This document shows, in pieces, positions 15,001 through 30,857 of a DNA stretch of 64,000 nt. Position 1 is the first letter of the stretch, and the number at the start of each line of letters is the position of its first letter. The notes below the pieces were generated by a model. The model saw only the letters and a list, made by a program, of their open reading frames with translations. It was not told the origin of the DNA and did not search any database. The stretch is from Auanema rhodensis (taxonomy: Eukaryota; Animalia; Nematoda): contig OZ059896.1 in assembly GCA_964057225.1 (NCBI GenBank), positions 12,152,001 to 12,216,000 on the forward strand, in the 5' to 3' direction. The position numbers were made by a program, and so were the translations under genes.

Positions 15001-18000
15001 AACATTTAAATTTCAATATTGTGATGCTCAAAAACTGAAACATTTAAATATTTTGTATTTTCTAAACCATTTCACTCCATCTCTTTCATTTAATTCCATA
15101 TTTTAAACAATTTTATATTTCTACCACGAATTCATAACTTCATTTTTAAAATTTTTGATCATTAAAAAACATTTAAATTTCAATGTTGTGATGCTCAAAA
15201 ACTGAAACAGTTGAATATTTTGTAATTTCTAAACCATTTTACTCCATCTCTTTCATTTAATTCCATATTTTAAACAATTTTATATTTCTACCACGAATTC
15301 ATAACTTCATTTTTTAAATTTTTAATCATTAAAAAACATTTAAATTTCAATATTGTGATGCTCAAAAACTGAAACAGTTGAATATTTTGTATTTTCTAAA
15401 CCATTTTACTCCATCTATTTTATTTAATCCCACATTTTAAACAATTTTATATTTCTACCGCTGTTTCATAAATTCATTTTTTAAATTTTTGATCATTAAA
15501 AAACATTTAAATTTCAATATTGTGATGCTCAAAAACTGAAACATTTAAATATTTTGTATTTTCTAAACCATTTCACTCCATCTCTTTCATTTAATTCCAT
15601 ATTTTAAACAATTTTATATTTCTACCACGAATTCATAAATTCATTTTTTAAATTTTTAATCATTAAAAAACATATAAATTTCAATATTGTGATGCTCAAA
15701 AACTGAAACATTTAAATATTTTGTATTTTCTAAACCATTTCACTCCATCTCTTTCATTTAATTCCATATTTTAAACAATTTTATATTTCTACCACGAATT
15801 CATAACTTCATTTTTTAAATTTTTGATCATTAAAAAACATTTAAATTTCAATATTGTGATGCTCAAAAACTGGAACAGTTGAATATTTTGTAATTTCTAA
15901 ACCATTTTACTCCATCGCTTTTATTTAATTCCATATTTTAAACAATTTTATATTTCTACCGCTATTTCATAATTTCATTTTTTAAATTTTTAATCATTAA
16001 AAAACATTTAAATTTCAATATTGTGATGCTCAAAAACTGAAACATTTAAATATTTTGTATTTTCTAAACCATTTTACTCCATCGCTTTTATTTAATCCCA
16101 TATTTTAAACAATTTTATATTTCTACCACGAATTCATAACTTCATTTTTTAAATTTTTGATCATTAAAAAACATTTAAATTTCAATGTTGTGATGCTCAA
16201 AAACTGAAACAGTTGAATATTTTGTAATTTCTAAACCATTTTACTCCATCGCTTTTATATTTCTACCGCTATTTCATAAATTCATTTTTTAAATTTTTAA
16301 TCATTAAAAAACATATAAATTTCAATATTGTGATGCTCAAAAACTGAAGCATTTAAATATTTTGTATTTTCTAAACCATTTCACTCCATCTCTTTCATTT
16401 AATTCCATATTTTAAACAATTTTATATTTCTACCACGAATTCATAAATTCATTTTTTAAATTTTTAATCATTAAAAAACATATAAATTTCAATATTGTGA
16501 TGCTCAAAAACTGAAACATTTAAATATTTTGTATTTTCTAAACCATTTCACTCCATCTCTTTCATTTAATTCCATATTTTAAACAATTTTATATTTCTAC
16601 CACGAATTCATAACTTCATTTTTTAAATTTTTGATCATTAAAAAACATTTAAATTTCAATATTGTGATGCTCAAAAACTGAAACAGTTGAATATTTTGTA
16701 ATTTCTAAACCATTTTACTCCATCGCTTTTATTTAATTCCATATTTTAAACAATTTTATATTTCTACCGCTATTTCATAATTTCATTTTTTAAATTTTTA
16801 ATCATTAAAAAACATTTAAATTTCAATATTGTGATGCTCAAAAACTGAAACATTTAAATATTTTGTATTTTCTAAACCATTTCACTCCATCTCTTTCATT
16901 TAATTCCATATTTTAAACAATTTTATATTTCTACCACGAATTCATAACTTCATTTTTTAAATTTTTGATCATTAAAAAACATTTAAATTTCAATGTTGTG
17001 ATGCTCAAAAACTGAAACAGTTGAATATTTTGTAATTTCTAAACCATTTTACTCCATCTCTTTCATTTAATTCCATATTTTAAACAATTTTATATTTCTA
17101 CCACGAATTCATAACTTCATTTTTTAAATTTTTAATCATTAAAAAACATTTAAATTTCAATATTGTGATGCTCAAAAACTGAAACATTTAAATATTTTGT
17201 ATTTTCTAAACCATTTCACTCCATCTCTTTCATTTAATTCCATATTTTAAACAATTTTATATTTCTACCACGAATTCATAACTTCATTTTTAAAATTTTT
17301 GATCATTAAAAAACATTTAAATTTCAATGTTGTGATGCTCAAAAACTGAAACAGTTGAATATTTTGTAATTTCTAAACCATTTTACTCCATCTCTTTCAT
17401 TTAATTCCATATTTTAAACAATTTTATATTTCTACCACGAATTCATAACTTCATTTTTTAAATTTTTAATCATTAAAAAACATTTAAATTTCAATATTGT
17501 GATGCTCAAAAACTGAAACAGTTGAATATTTTGTATTTTCTAAACCATTTTACTCCATCTATTTTATTTAATCCCACATTTTAAACAATTTTATATTTCT
17601 ACCGCTGTTTCATAAATTCATTTTTTAAATTTTTGATCATTAAAAAACATTTAAATTTCAATATTGTGATGCTCAAAAACTGAAACATTTAAATATTTTG
17701 TATTTTCTAAACCATTTCACTCCATCTCTTTCATTTAATTCCATATTTTAAACAATTTTATATTTCTACCACGAATTCATAAATTCATTTTTTAAATTTT
17801 TAATCAGTAAAAAACATATAAATTTCAATATTGTGATGCTCAAAAACTGAAACATTTAAATATTTTGTATTTTCTAAACCATTTCACTCCATCTCTTTCA
17901 TTTAATTCCATATTTTAAACAATTTTATATTTCTACCACGAATTCATAACTTCATTTTTTAAATTTTTGATCATTAAAAAACATTTAAATTTCAATATTG

Positions 18001-21000
18001 TGATGCTCAAAAACTGAAACAGTTGAATATTTTGTAATTTCTAAACCATTTTACTCCATCGCTTTTATTTAATTCCATATTTTAAACAATTTTATATTTC
18101 TACCGCTATTTCATAATTTCATTTTTTAAATTTTTAATCATTAAAAAACATTTAAATTTCAATATTGTGATGCTCAAAAACTGAAACATTTAAATATTTT
18201 GTATTTTCTAAACCATTTCACTCCTTCTCTTTCATTTAATTCCATATTTTAAACAATTTTATATTTCTACCACGAATTCATAAATTCATTTTTTAAATTT
18301 TTAATCATTAAAAAACATATAAATTTCAATATTGTGATGCTCAAAAACTGAAACATTTAAATATTTTGTATTTTCTAAACCATTTCACTCCATCTCTTTC
18401 ATTTAATTCCATATTTTAAACAATTTTATATTTCTACCACGAATTCATAACTTCATTTTTTAAATTTTTGATCATTAAAAAACATTTAAATTTCAATATT
18501 GTGATGCTCAAAAACTGAAACAGTTGAATATTTTGTAATTTCTAAACCATTTTACTCCATCGCTTTTATTTAATTCCATATTTTAAACAATTTTATATTT
18601 CTACCGCTATTTCATAATTTCATTTTTTAAATTTTTAATCATTAAAAAACATTTAAATTTCAATATTGTGATGCTCAAAAACTGAAACATTTAAATATTT
18701 TGTATTTTCTAAACCATTTCACTCCATCTCTTTCATTTAATTCCATATTTTAAACAATTTTATATTTCTACCACGAATTCATAACTTCATTTTTTAAATT
18801 TTTAATCATTAAAAAACATTTAAATTTCAATATTGTGATGCTCAAAAACTGAAACAGTTGAATATTTTGTAATTTCTAAACCATTTTACTCCATCTCTTT
18901 CATTTAATCCCACATTTTAAACAATTTTATATTTCTACCGCTGTTTCATAAATTCATTTTTTAAATTTTTGATCATTAAAAAACATTTAAATTTCAATAT
19001 TGTGATGCTCAAAAACTGAAACATTTAAATATTTTGTATTTTCTAAACCATTTCACTCCATCTCTTTCATTTAATTCCATATTTTAAACAATTTTATATT
19101 TCTACCACGAATTCATAAATTCATTTTTTAAATTTTTAATCATTAAAAAACATATAAATTTCAATATTGTGATGCTCAAAAACTGAAACATTTAAATATT
19201 TTGTATTTTCTAAACCATTTCACTCCATCTCTTTCATTTAATTCCATATTTTAAACAATTTTATATTTCTACCACGAATTCATAACTTCATTTTTTAAAT
19301 TTTTGATCATTAAAAAACATTTAAATTTCAATATTGTGATGCTCAAAAACTGAAACAGTTGAATATTTTGTAATTTCTAAACCATTTTACTCCATCGCTT
19401 TTATTTAATTCCATATTTTAAACAATTTTATATTTCTACCACGAATTCATAACTTCATTTTTTAAATTTTTGATCATTAAAAAACATTTAAATTTCAATA
19501 TTGTGATGCTCAAAAACTGAAACAGTTGAATATTTTGTATTTTCTAAACCATTTTACTCCATCGCTTTTATATTTCTACCGCTATTTCATAAATTCATTT
19601 TTTAAATTTTTAATCATTAAAAAACATTTAAATTTCAATATTGTGATGCTCAAAAACTGAAACAGTTGAATATTTTGTAATTTCTAAACCATTTTACTCC
19701 ATCGCTTTTATTTAATTCCATATTTTAAACAATTTTATATTTCTACCGCTATTTCATAATTTCATTTTTTAAATTTTTAATCATTAAAAAACATTTAAAT
19801 TTCAATATTGTGATGCTCAAAAACTGAAACATTTAAATATTTTGTATTTTCTAAACCATTTCACTCCATCTCTTTCATTTAATTCCATATTTTAAACAAT
19901 TTTATATTTCTACCACAAATTCATAACTTCATTTTTTAAATTTTTGATCATTAAAAAACATTTAAATTTCAATGTTGTGATGCTCAAAAACTGAAACAGT
20001 TGAATATTTTGTAATTTCTAAACCATTTTACTCCATCGCTTTTATTTAATTCCATATTTTAAACAATTTTATATTTCTACCGCTATTTCATAATTTCATT
20101 TTTTAAATTTTTAATCATTAAAAAACATTTAAATTTCAATATTGTGATGCTCAAAAACTGAAACATTTAAATATTTTGTATTTTCTAAACCATTTCACTC
20201 CATCTCTTTCATTTAATTCCATATTTTAAACAATTTTATATTTCTACCACGAATTCATAACTTCATTTTTAAAATTTTTGATCATTAAAAAACATTTAAA
20301 TTTCAATGTTGTGATGCTCAAAAACTGAAACAGTTGAATATTTTGTAATTTCTAAACCATTTTACTCCATCTCTTTCATTTAATTCCATATTTTAAACAA
20401 TTTTATATTTCTACCACGAATTCATAACTTCATTTTTTAAATTTTTAATCATTAAAAAACATTTAAATTTCAATATTGTGATGCTCAAAAACTGAAACAG
20501 TTGAATATTTTGTATTTTCTAAACCATTTTACTCCATCTATTTTATTTAATCCCACATTTTAAACAATTTTATATTTCTACCGCTGTTTCATAAATTCAT
20601 TTTTTAAATTTTTGATCATTAAAAAACATTTAAATTTCAATATTGTGATGCTCAAAAACTGAAACATTTAAATATTTTGTATTTTCTAAACCATTTCACT
20701 CCATCTCTTTCATTTAATTCCATATTTTAAACAATTTTATATTTCTACCACGAATTCATAAATTCATTTTTTAAATTTTTAATCATTAAAAAACATATAA
20801 ATTTCAATATTGTGATGCTCAAAAACTGAAACATTTAAATATTTTGTATTTTCTAAACCATTTCACTCCATCTCTTTCATTTAATTCCATATTTTAAACA
20901 ATTTTATATTTCTACCACGAATTCATAACTTCATTTTTTAAATTTTTGATCATTAAAAAACATTTAAATTTCAATATTGTGATGCTCAAAAACTGAAACA

Positions 21001-24000
21001 GTTGAATATTTTGTAATTTCTAAACCATTTTACTCCATCGCTTTTATTTAATTCCATATTTTAAACAATTTTATATTTCTACCGCTATTTCATAATTTCA
21101 TTTTTTAAATTTTTAATCATTAAAAAACATTTAAATTTCAATATTGTGATGCTCAAAAACTGAAACATTTAAATATTTTGTATTTTCTAAACCATTTCAC
21201 TCCATCTCTTTCATTTAATTCCATATTTTAAACAATTTTATATTTCTACCACGAATTCATAACTTCATTTTTTAAATTTTTGATCATTAAAAAACATTTA
21301 AATTTCAATGTTGTGATGCTCAAAAACTGAAACAGTTGAATATTTTGTAATTTCTAAACCATTTTACTCCATCTCTTTCATTTAATTCCATATTTTAAAC
21401 AATTTTATATTTCTACCACGAATTCATAACTTCATTTTTTAAATTTTTAATCATTAAAAAACATTTAAATTTCAATATTGTGATGCTCAAAAACTGAAAC
21501 ATTTAAATATTTTGTATTTTCTAAACCATTTCACTCCATCTCTTTCATTTAATTCCATATTTTAAACAATTTTATATTTCTACCACGAATTCATAACTTC
21601 ATTTTTTAAATTTTTGATCATTAAAAAACATTTAAATTTCAATATTGTGATGCTCAAAAACTGAAACAGTTGAATATTTTGTAATTTCTAAACCATTTTA
21701 CTCCATCGCTTTTATTTAATCCCATATTTTAAACAATTTTATATTTCTACCGCTATTTCATAATTTCATTTTTTAAATTTTTAATCATTAAAAAACATTT
21801 AAATTTCAATATTGTGATGCTCAAAAACTGAAACATTTAAATATTTTGTATTTTCTAAACCATTTCACTCCATCTCTTTCATTTAATTCCATATTTTAAA
21901 CAATTTTATATTTCTACCACGAATTCATAACTTCATTTTTTAAATTTTTGATCATTAAAAAACATTTAAATTTCAATATTGTGATGCTCAAAAACTGAAA
22001 CAGTTGAATATTTTGTAATTTCTAAACCATTTTACTCCATCGCTTTTATTTAATCCCATATTTTAAACAATTTTATATTTCTACCACGAATTCATAACTT
22101 CATTTTTTAAATTTTTGATCATTAAAAAACATTTAAATTTCAATATTGTGATGCTCAAAAACTGAAACAGTTGAATATTTTGTAATTTCTAAACCATTTT
22201 ACTCCATCGCTTTTATTTAATTCCATATTTTAAACAATTTTATATTTCTACCGCTATTTCATAATTTCATTTTTTAAATTTTTAATCATTAAAAAACATT
22301 TAAATTTCAATATTGTGATGCTCAAAAACTGAAACAGTTGAATATTTTGTAATTTCTAAACCATTTTACTCCATCTCTTTCATTTAATTCCATATTTTAA
22401 ACAATTTTATATTTCTACCACGAATTCATAACTTCATTTTTTAAATTTTTAATCATTAAAAAACATTTAAATTTCAATATTGTGATGCTCAAAAACTGAA
22501 ACATTTAAATATTTTGTATTTTCTAAACCATTTCACTCCATCTCTTTCATTTAATTCCATATTTTAAACAATTTTATATTTCTACCACGAATTCATAACT
22601 TCATTTTTAAAATTTTTGATCATTAAAAAACATTTAAATTTCAATGTTGTGATGCTCAAAAACTGAAACAGTTGAATATTTTGTAATTTCTAAACCATTT
22701 TACTCCATCTCTTTCATTTAATTCCATATTTTAAACAATTTTATATTTCTACCACGAATTCATAACTTCATTTTTTAAATTTTTAATCATTAAAAAACAT
22801 TTAAATTTCAATATTGTGATGCTCAAAAACTGAAACAGTTGAATATTTTGTATTTTCTAAACCATTTTACTCCATCTATTTTATTTAATCCCACATTTTA
22901 AACAATTTTATATTTCTACCGCTGTTTCATAAATTCATTTTTTAAATTTTTGATCATTAAAAAACATTTAAATTTCAATATTGTGATGCTCAAAAACTGA
23001 AACATTTAAATATTTTGTATTTTCTAAACCATTTCACTCCATCTCTTTCATTTAATTCCATATTTTAAACAATTTTATATTTCTATCACGAATTCATAAA
23101 TTCATTTTTTAAATTTTTAATCATTAAAAAACATATAAATTTCAATATTGTGATGCTCAAAAACTGAAACATTTAAATATTTTGTATTTTCTAAACCATT
23201 TCACTCCATCTCTTTCATTTAATTCCATATTTTAAACAATTTTATATTTCTACCACGAATTCATAACTTCATTTTTTAAATTTTTGATCATTAAAAAACA
23301 TTTAAATTTCAATATTGTGATGCTCAAAAACTGAAACAGTTGAATATTTTGTAATTTCTAAACCATTTTACTCCATCGCTTTTATTTAATTCCATATTTT
23401 AAACAATTTTATATTTCTACCGCTATTTCATAATTTCATTTTTTAAATTTTTAATCATTAAAAAACATTTAAATTTCAATATTGTGATGCTCAAAAACTG
23501 AAACATTTAAATATTTTGTATTTTCTAAACCATTTTACTCCATCGCTTTTATTTAATCCCATATTTTAAACAATTTTATATTTCTACCACGAATTCATAA
23601 CTTCATTTTTTAAATTTTTGATCATTAAAAAACATTTAAATTTCAATGTTGTGATGCTCAAAAACTGAAACAGTTGAATATTTTGTAATTTCTAAACCAT
23701 TTTACTCCATCGCTTTTATATTTCTACCGCTATTTCATAAATTCATTTTTTAAATTTTTAATCATTAAAAAACATATAAATTTCAATATTGTGATGCTCA
23801 AAAACTGAAGCATTTAAATATTTTGTATTTTCTAAACCATTTCACTCCATCTCTTTCATTTAATTCCATATTTTAAACAATTTTATATTTCTACCACGAA
23901 TTCATAAATTCATTTTTCAAATTTTTAATCATTAAAAAACATATAAATTTCAATATTGTGATGCTCAAAAACTGAAACATTTAAATATTTTGTATTTTCT

Positions 24001-27000
24001 AAACCATTTCACTCCATCTCTTTCATTTAATTCCATATTTTAAACAATTTTATATTTCTACCACGAATTCATAACTTCATTTTTTAAATTTTTGATCATT
24101 AAAAAACATTTAAATTTCAATATTGTGATGCTCAAAAACTGAAACAGTTGAATATTTTGTAATTTCTAAACCATTTTACTCCATCGCTTTTATTTAATTC
24201 CATATTTTAAACAATTTTATATTTCTACCGCTATTTCATAATTTCATTTTTTAAATTTTTAATCATTAAAAAACATTTAAATTTCAATATTGTGATGCTC
24301 AAAAACTGAAACATTTAAATATTTTGTATTTTCTAAACCATTTCACTCCATCTCTTTCATTTAATTCCATATTTTAAACAATTTTATATTTCTACCACGA
24401 ATTCATAACTTCATTTTTTAAATTTTTGATCATTAAAAAACATTTAAATTTCAATGTTGTGATGCTCAAAAACTGAAACAGTTGAATATTTTGTAATTTC
24501 TAAACCATTTTACTCCATCTCTTTCATTTAATTCCATATTTTAAACAATTTTATATTTCTACCACGAATTCATAACTTCATTTTTTAAATTTTTAATCAT
24601 TAAAAAACATTTAAATTTCAATATTGTGATGCTCAAAAACTGAAACATTTAAATATTTTGTATTTTCTAAACCATTTCACTCCATCTCTTTCATTTAATT
24701 CCATATTTTAAACAATTTTATATTTCTACCACGAATTCATAACTTCATTTTTAAAATTTTTGATCATTAAAAAACATTTAAATTTCAATGTTGTGATGCT
24801 CAAAAACTGAAACAGTTGAATATTTTGTAATTTCTAAACCATTTTACTCCATCTCTTTCATTTAATTCCATATTTTAAACAATTTTATATTTCTACCACG
24901 AATTCATAACTTCATTTTTTAAATTTTTAATCATTAAAAAACATTTAAATTTCAATATTGTGATGCTCAAAAACTGAAACAGTTGAATATTTTGTATTTT
25001 CTAAACCATTTTACTCCATCTATTTTATTTAATCCCACATTTTAAACAATTTTATATTTCTACCGCTGTTTCATAAATTCATTTTTTAAATTTTTGATCA
25101 TTAAAAAACATTTAAATTTCAATATTGTGATGCTCAAAAACTGAAACATTTAAATATTTTGTATTTTCTAAACCATTTCACTCCATCTCTTTCATTTAAT
25201 TCCATATTTTAAACAATTTTATATTTCTACCACGAATTCATAAATTCATTTTTTAAATTTTTAATCATTAAAAAACATATAAATTTCAATATTGTGATGC
25301 TCAAAAACTGAAACATTTAAATATTTTGTATTTTCTAAACCATTTCACTCCATCTCTTTCATTTAATTCCATATTTTAAACAATTTTATATTTCTACCAC
25401 GAATTCATAACTTCATTTTTTAAATTTTTGATCATTAAAAAACATTTAAATTTCAATATTGTGATGCTCAAAAACTGAAACAGTTGAATATTTTGTAATT
25501 TCTAAACCATTTTACTCCATCGCTTTTATTTAATTCCATATTTTAAACAATTTTATATTTCTACCGCTATTTCATAATTTCATTTTTTAAATTTTTAATC
25601 ATTAAAAAACATTTAAATTTCAATATTGTGATGCTCAAAAACTGAAAAATTTAAATATTTTGTATTTTCTAAACCATTTCACTCCTTCTCTTTCATTTAA
25701 TTCCATATTTTAAACAATTTTATATTTCTACCACGAATTCATAAATTCATTTTTTAAATTTTTAATCATTAAAAAACATATAAATTTCAATATTGTGATG
25801 CTCAAAAACTGAAACATTTAAATATTTTGTATTTTCTAAACCATTTCACTCCATCTCTTTCATTTAATTCCATATTTTAAACAATTTTATATTTCTACCA
25901 CGAATTCATAACTTCATTTTTTAAATTTTTGATCATTAAAAAACATTTAAATTTCAATATTGTGATGCTCAAAAACTGAAACAGTTGAATATTTTGTAAT
26001 TTCTAAACCATTTTACTCCATCGCTTTTATTTAATTCCATATTTTAAACAATTTTATATTTCTACCACGAATTCATAACTTCATTTTTTAAATTTTTGAT
26101 CATTAAAAAACATTTAAATTTCAATATTGTGATGCTCAAAAACTGAAACAGTTGAATATTTTGTAATTTCTAAACCATTTTACTCTATCGCTTTTATTTA
26201 ATCCCATATTTTAAACAATTTTATATTTCTACCGCTATTTCATAATTTCATTTTTTAAATTTTTAATCATTAAAAAACATTTAAATTTCAATATTGTGAT
26301 GCTCAAAAACTGAAACATTTAAATATTTTGTATTTTCTAAACCATTTCACTCCATCTCTTTCATTTAATTCCATATTTTAAACAATTTTATATTTCTACC
26401 ACGAATTCATAACTTCATTTTTTAAATTTTTGATCATTAAAAAACATTTAAATTTCAATATTGTGATGCTCAAAAACTGAAACAGTTGAATATTTTGTAA
26501 TTTCTAAACCATTTTACTCCATCGCTTTTATTTAATCCCATATTTTAAACAATTTTATATTTCTACCACGAATTCATAACTTCATTTTTTAAATTTTTGA
26601 TCATTAAAAAACATTTAAATTTCAATATTGTGATGCTCAAAAACTGAAACAGTTGAATATTTTGTAATTTCTAAACCATTTTACTCCATCGCTTTTATTT
26701 AATTCCATATTTTAAACAATTTTATATTTCTACCGCTATTTCATAATTTCATTTTTTAAATTTTTAATCATTAAAAAACATTTAAATTTCAATATTGTGA
26801 TGCTCAAAAACTGAAACAGTTGAATATTTTGTAATTTCTAAACCATTTTACTCCATCTCTTTCATTTAATTCCATATTTTAAACAATTTTATATTTCTAC
26901 CACGAATTCATAACTTCATTTTTTAAATTTTTAATCATTAAAAAACATTTAAATTTCAATATTGTGATGCTCAAAAACTGAAACATTTAAATATTTTGTA

Positions 27001-30000
27001 TTTTCTAAACCATTTCACTCCATCTCTTTCATTTAATTCCATATTTTAAACAATTTTATATTTCTACCACGAATTCATAACTTCATTTTTAAAATTTTTG
27101 ATCATTAAAAAACATTTAAATTTCAATGTTGTGATGCTCAAAAACTGAAACAGTTGAATATTTTGTAATTTCTAAACCATTTTACTCCATCTCTTTCATT
27201 TAATTCCATATTTTAAACAATTTTATATTTCTACCACGAATTCATAACTTCATTTTTTAAATTTTTAATCATTAAAAAACATTTAAATTTCAATATTGTG
27301 ATGCTCAAAAACTGAAACAGTTGAATATTTTGTATTTTCTAAACCATTTTACTCCATCTATTTTATTTAATCCCACATTTTAAACAATTTTATATTTCTA
27401 CCGCTGTTTCATAAATTCATTTTTTAAATTTTTGATCATTAAAAAACATTTAAATTTCAATATTGTGATGCTCAAAAACTGAAACATTTAAATATTTTGT
27501 ATTTTCTAAACCATTTCACTCCATCTCTTTCATTTAATTCCATATTTTAAACAATTTTATATTTCTACCACGAATTCATAAATTCATTTTTTAAATTTTT
27601 AATCATTAAAAAACATATAAATTTCAATATTGTGATGCTCAAAAACTGAAACATTTAAATATTTTGTATTTTCTAAACCATTTCACTCCATCTCTTTCAT
27701 TTAATTCCATATTTTAAACAATTTTATATTTCTACCACGAATTCATAACTTCATTTTTTAAATTTTTGATCATTAAAAAACATTTAAATTTCAATATTGT
27801 GATGCTCAAAAACTGAAACAGTTGAATATTTTGTAATTTCTAAACCATTTTACTCCATCGCTTTTATTTAATTCCATATTTTAAACAATTTTATATTTCT
27901 ACCGCTATTTCATAATTTCATTTTTTAAATTTTTAATCATTAAAAAACATTTAAATTTCAATATTGTGATGCTCAAAAACTGAAACATTTAAATATTTTG
28001 TATTTTCTAAACCATTTCACTCCATCTCTTTCATTTAATTCCATATTTTAAACAATTTTATATTTCTACCACGAATTCATAACTTCATTTTTTAAATTTT
28101 TGATCATTAAAAAACATTTAAATTTCAATGTTGTGATGCTCAAAAACTGAAACAGTTGAATATTTTGTAATTTCTAAACCATTTTACTCCATCTCTTTCA
28201 TTTAATTCCATATTTTAAACAATTTTATATTTCTACCACGAATTCATAACTTCATTTTTTAAATTTTTAATCATTAAAAAACATTTAAATTTCAATATTG
28301 TGATGCTCAAAAACTGAAACATTTAAATATTTTGTATTTTCTAAACCATTTCACTCCATCTCTTTCATTTAATTCCATATTTTAAACAATTTTATATTTC
28401 TACCACGAATTCATAACTTCATTTTTTAAATTTTTGATCATTAAAAAACATTTAAATTTCAATATTGTGATGCTCAAAAACTGAAACAGTTGAATATTTT
28501 GTAATTTCTAAACCATTTTACTCCATCGCTTTTATTTAATCCCATATTTTAAACAATTTTATATTTCTACCGCTATTTCATAATTTCATTTTTTAAATTT
28601 TTAATCATTAAAAAACATTTAAATTTCAATATTGTGATGCTCAAAAACTGAAACATTTAAATATTTTGTATTTTCTAAACCATTTCACTCCATCTCTTTC
28701 ATTTAATTCCATATTTTAAACAATTTTATATTTCTACCACGAATTCATAACTTCAATTTTTAAATTTTTGATCATTAAAAAACATTTAAATTTCAATATT
28801 GTGATGCTCAAAAACTGAAACAGTTGAATATTTTGTAATTTCTAAACCATTTTACTCCATCGCTTTTATTTAATCCCATATTTTAAACAATTTTATATTT
28901 CTACCGCTATTTCATAATTTCATTTTTTAAATTTTTAATCATTAAAAAACATTTAAATTTCAATATTGTGATGCTCAAAAACTGAAACATTTAAATATTT
29001 TGTAATTTCTAAACCATTTTACTCCATCTCTTTCATTTAATTCCATATTTTAAACAATTTTATATTTCTACCACGAATTCATAACTTCATTTTTTAAATT
29101 TTTAATCATTAAAAAACATTTAAATTTCAATATTGTGATGCTCAAAAACTGAAACATTTAAATATTTTGTATTTTCTAAACCATTTCACTCCATCTCTTT
29201 CATTTAATTCCATATTTTAAACAATTTTATATTTCTACCACGAATTCATAACTTCATTTTTTAAATTTTTGATCATTAAAAAACATTTAAATTTCAATAT
29301 TGTGATGCTCAAAAACTGAAACAGTTGAATATTTTGTAATTTCTAAACCATTTTACTCCATCGCTTTTATTTAATCCCATATTTTAAACAATTTTATATT
29401 TCTACCGCTATTTCATAATTTCATTTTTCAAATTTTTAATCATTAAAAAACATTTAAATTTCAATATTGTGATGCTCAAAAACTGAAACAGTTGAATATT
29501 TTGTAATTTCTAAACCATTTTACTCCATCGCTTTTATTTAATTCCATATTTTAAACAATTTTATATTTCTACCGCTTTTTCATAATTTCATTTTTTAAAT
29601 TTTTAATCATTAAAAAACATTTAAATTTCAATATTGTGATGCTCAAAAACTGAAACATTTAAATATTTTGTATTTTCTAAACTATTTCACTCCATCTCTT
29701 TCATTTAATTCCATATTTTAAACAATTTTATATTTCTACCACGAATTCATAACTTCATTTTTTAAATTTTTGATCATTAAAAAACATTTAAATTTCAATG
29801 TTGTGATGCTCAAAAACTGAAACAGTTGAATATTTTGTAATTTCTAAACCATTTTACTCCATAGCTTTTATTTAATCTCATATTTTAAACAATTTTATAT
29901 TTCTACCGCTATTTCATAATTTCATTTTTTAAATTTTTAATCATTAAAAAACATTTAAATTTCAATATTGTGATGCTCAAAAACTGAAACAGTTGAATAT

Positions 30001-30325
30001 TTTGTATTTTATAAACCATTTTACTTCATATCTTTCATTTAATTCCATATTTTAAACAATTTTATATTTCTACCACGAATTCATAACTTCATTTTTTAAA
30101 TTTTTAATCATTAAAAAACATTTAAATTTCAATATTGTGATGCTCAAAAACTGAAACAGTTGAATATTTTGTATTTTCTAAACCATTTTACTCCATCTAT
30201 TTTATTTAATCCCACATTTTAAACAATTTTATATTTCTACCGCTGTTTCATAAATTCATTTTTTAAATTTTTGATCATTAAAAAACATTTAAATTTCAAT
30301 ATTGTGATGCTCAAAAACTGAAACA
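1..30325. repeat. AT-rich tandem satellite, 167-bp monomer, left arm (about 180 monomers, runs off the window start)
   Basis: TTAATTCCATATTTTAAACAATTTTATATTTCTACC at position 1 recurs at 168 and every 167 bp after. Near-invariant core: TTTCAATATTGTGATGCTCAAAAACTGAAACA. Monomers differ at a few recurrent sites (CACGAATTC vs CGCTATTTC, CAGTTGAAT vs CATTTAAAT, TTAATCA vs TTGATCA). No ORFs in the track. Confidence 0.99.
30322..30325 (+). repeat. Target-site duplication AACA (second copy at 39111-39114)
   Basis: The empty site is known from the other monomers (CTGAAACAGTTG). The filled site reads CTGA-AACA-[TG...CA]-AACA-GTTG. Confidence 0.85.
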
Positions 30326-30857
30326 TGTCGTTTTGTCCTCTAGTTGGAGAGCGAATAACGGGCATTTGTGGTTCAGTGGTAGTGGAATATTAGTCCAAGT
30401 AATAGGCAATAGACGCGAGTACAAGAGAAGAGTTTATTATCGGTGATACGAATACAATACGAGTAAACAGAAATAAATTGACGGGAAGATGATAGCGGTG
30501 GCAGGATAATATTGAGACATGATTTAGAAGAATTATTGCGGGTTTATATACTAGGTCCCCGGAAGTGATAGATAATGTATTAATTGTAGAAAGCGAGAGG
30601 AGGGGTCTAAATCCTATGTGATTCATCCCCCTTGCAAGTGGGCGACGGCTATCGCGCCTAAGATCTTGCCTAATGGATCAGATGGCAAAGGGCGATAGGT
30701 GATTCATCGGCAAATCGGCCGTTGGTGACAACTTACAGGATTATCGATTAGATAGTTGAGGATAATGGATAGTACAAAGAGAGGACAATAAAGAAGTACA
30801 ATTGAACTTAAACTAAGGAGGAACACTATTATCACGGGATGAGAGTGCTTCAGCACA
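30326..30857 (-). repeat. 3' LTR (532 bp)
   Basis: Direct repeat of 38579-39110. It starts 24 bp after the polyprotein stop codon. Confidence 0.97.
30433..30438 (-). terminator. Candidate polyadenylation signal in the 3' LTR (copy at 38686-38691)
   Basis: AATAAA on the element strand, downstream of the TATA box and followed by a pyrimidine-rich tract. Confidence 0.6.

Noticed and set aside
30324-30325. LTR identity appears to extend 2 bp further (CA precedes TGTCG at both copies)
   Set aside because: At the left the CA belongs to the satellite/TSD, and at 38577-38578 it is the PBS TG on the minus strand. The canonical TG...CA boundaries are kept.
30390-30626. 78-aa ORF, duplicated at 38643-38879
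   Set aside because: It lies wholly within the LTRs, so the duplication is trivial. It spans the TATA box and poly(A) signal and has no recognisable motif.
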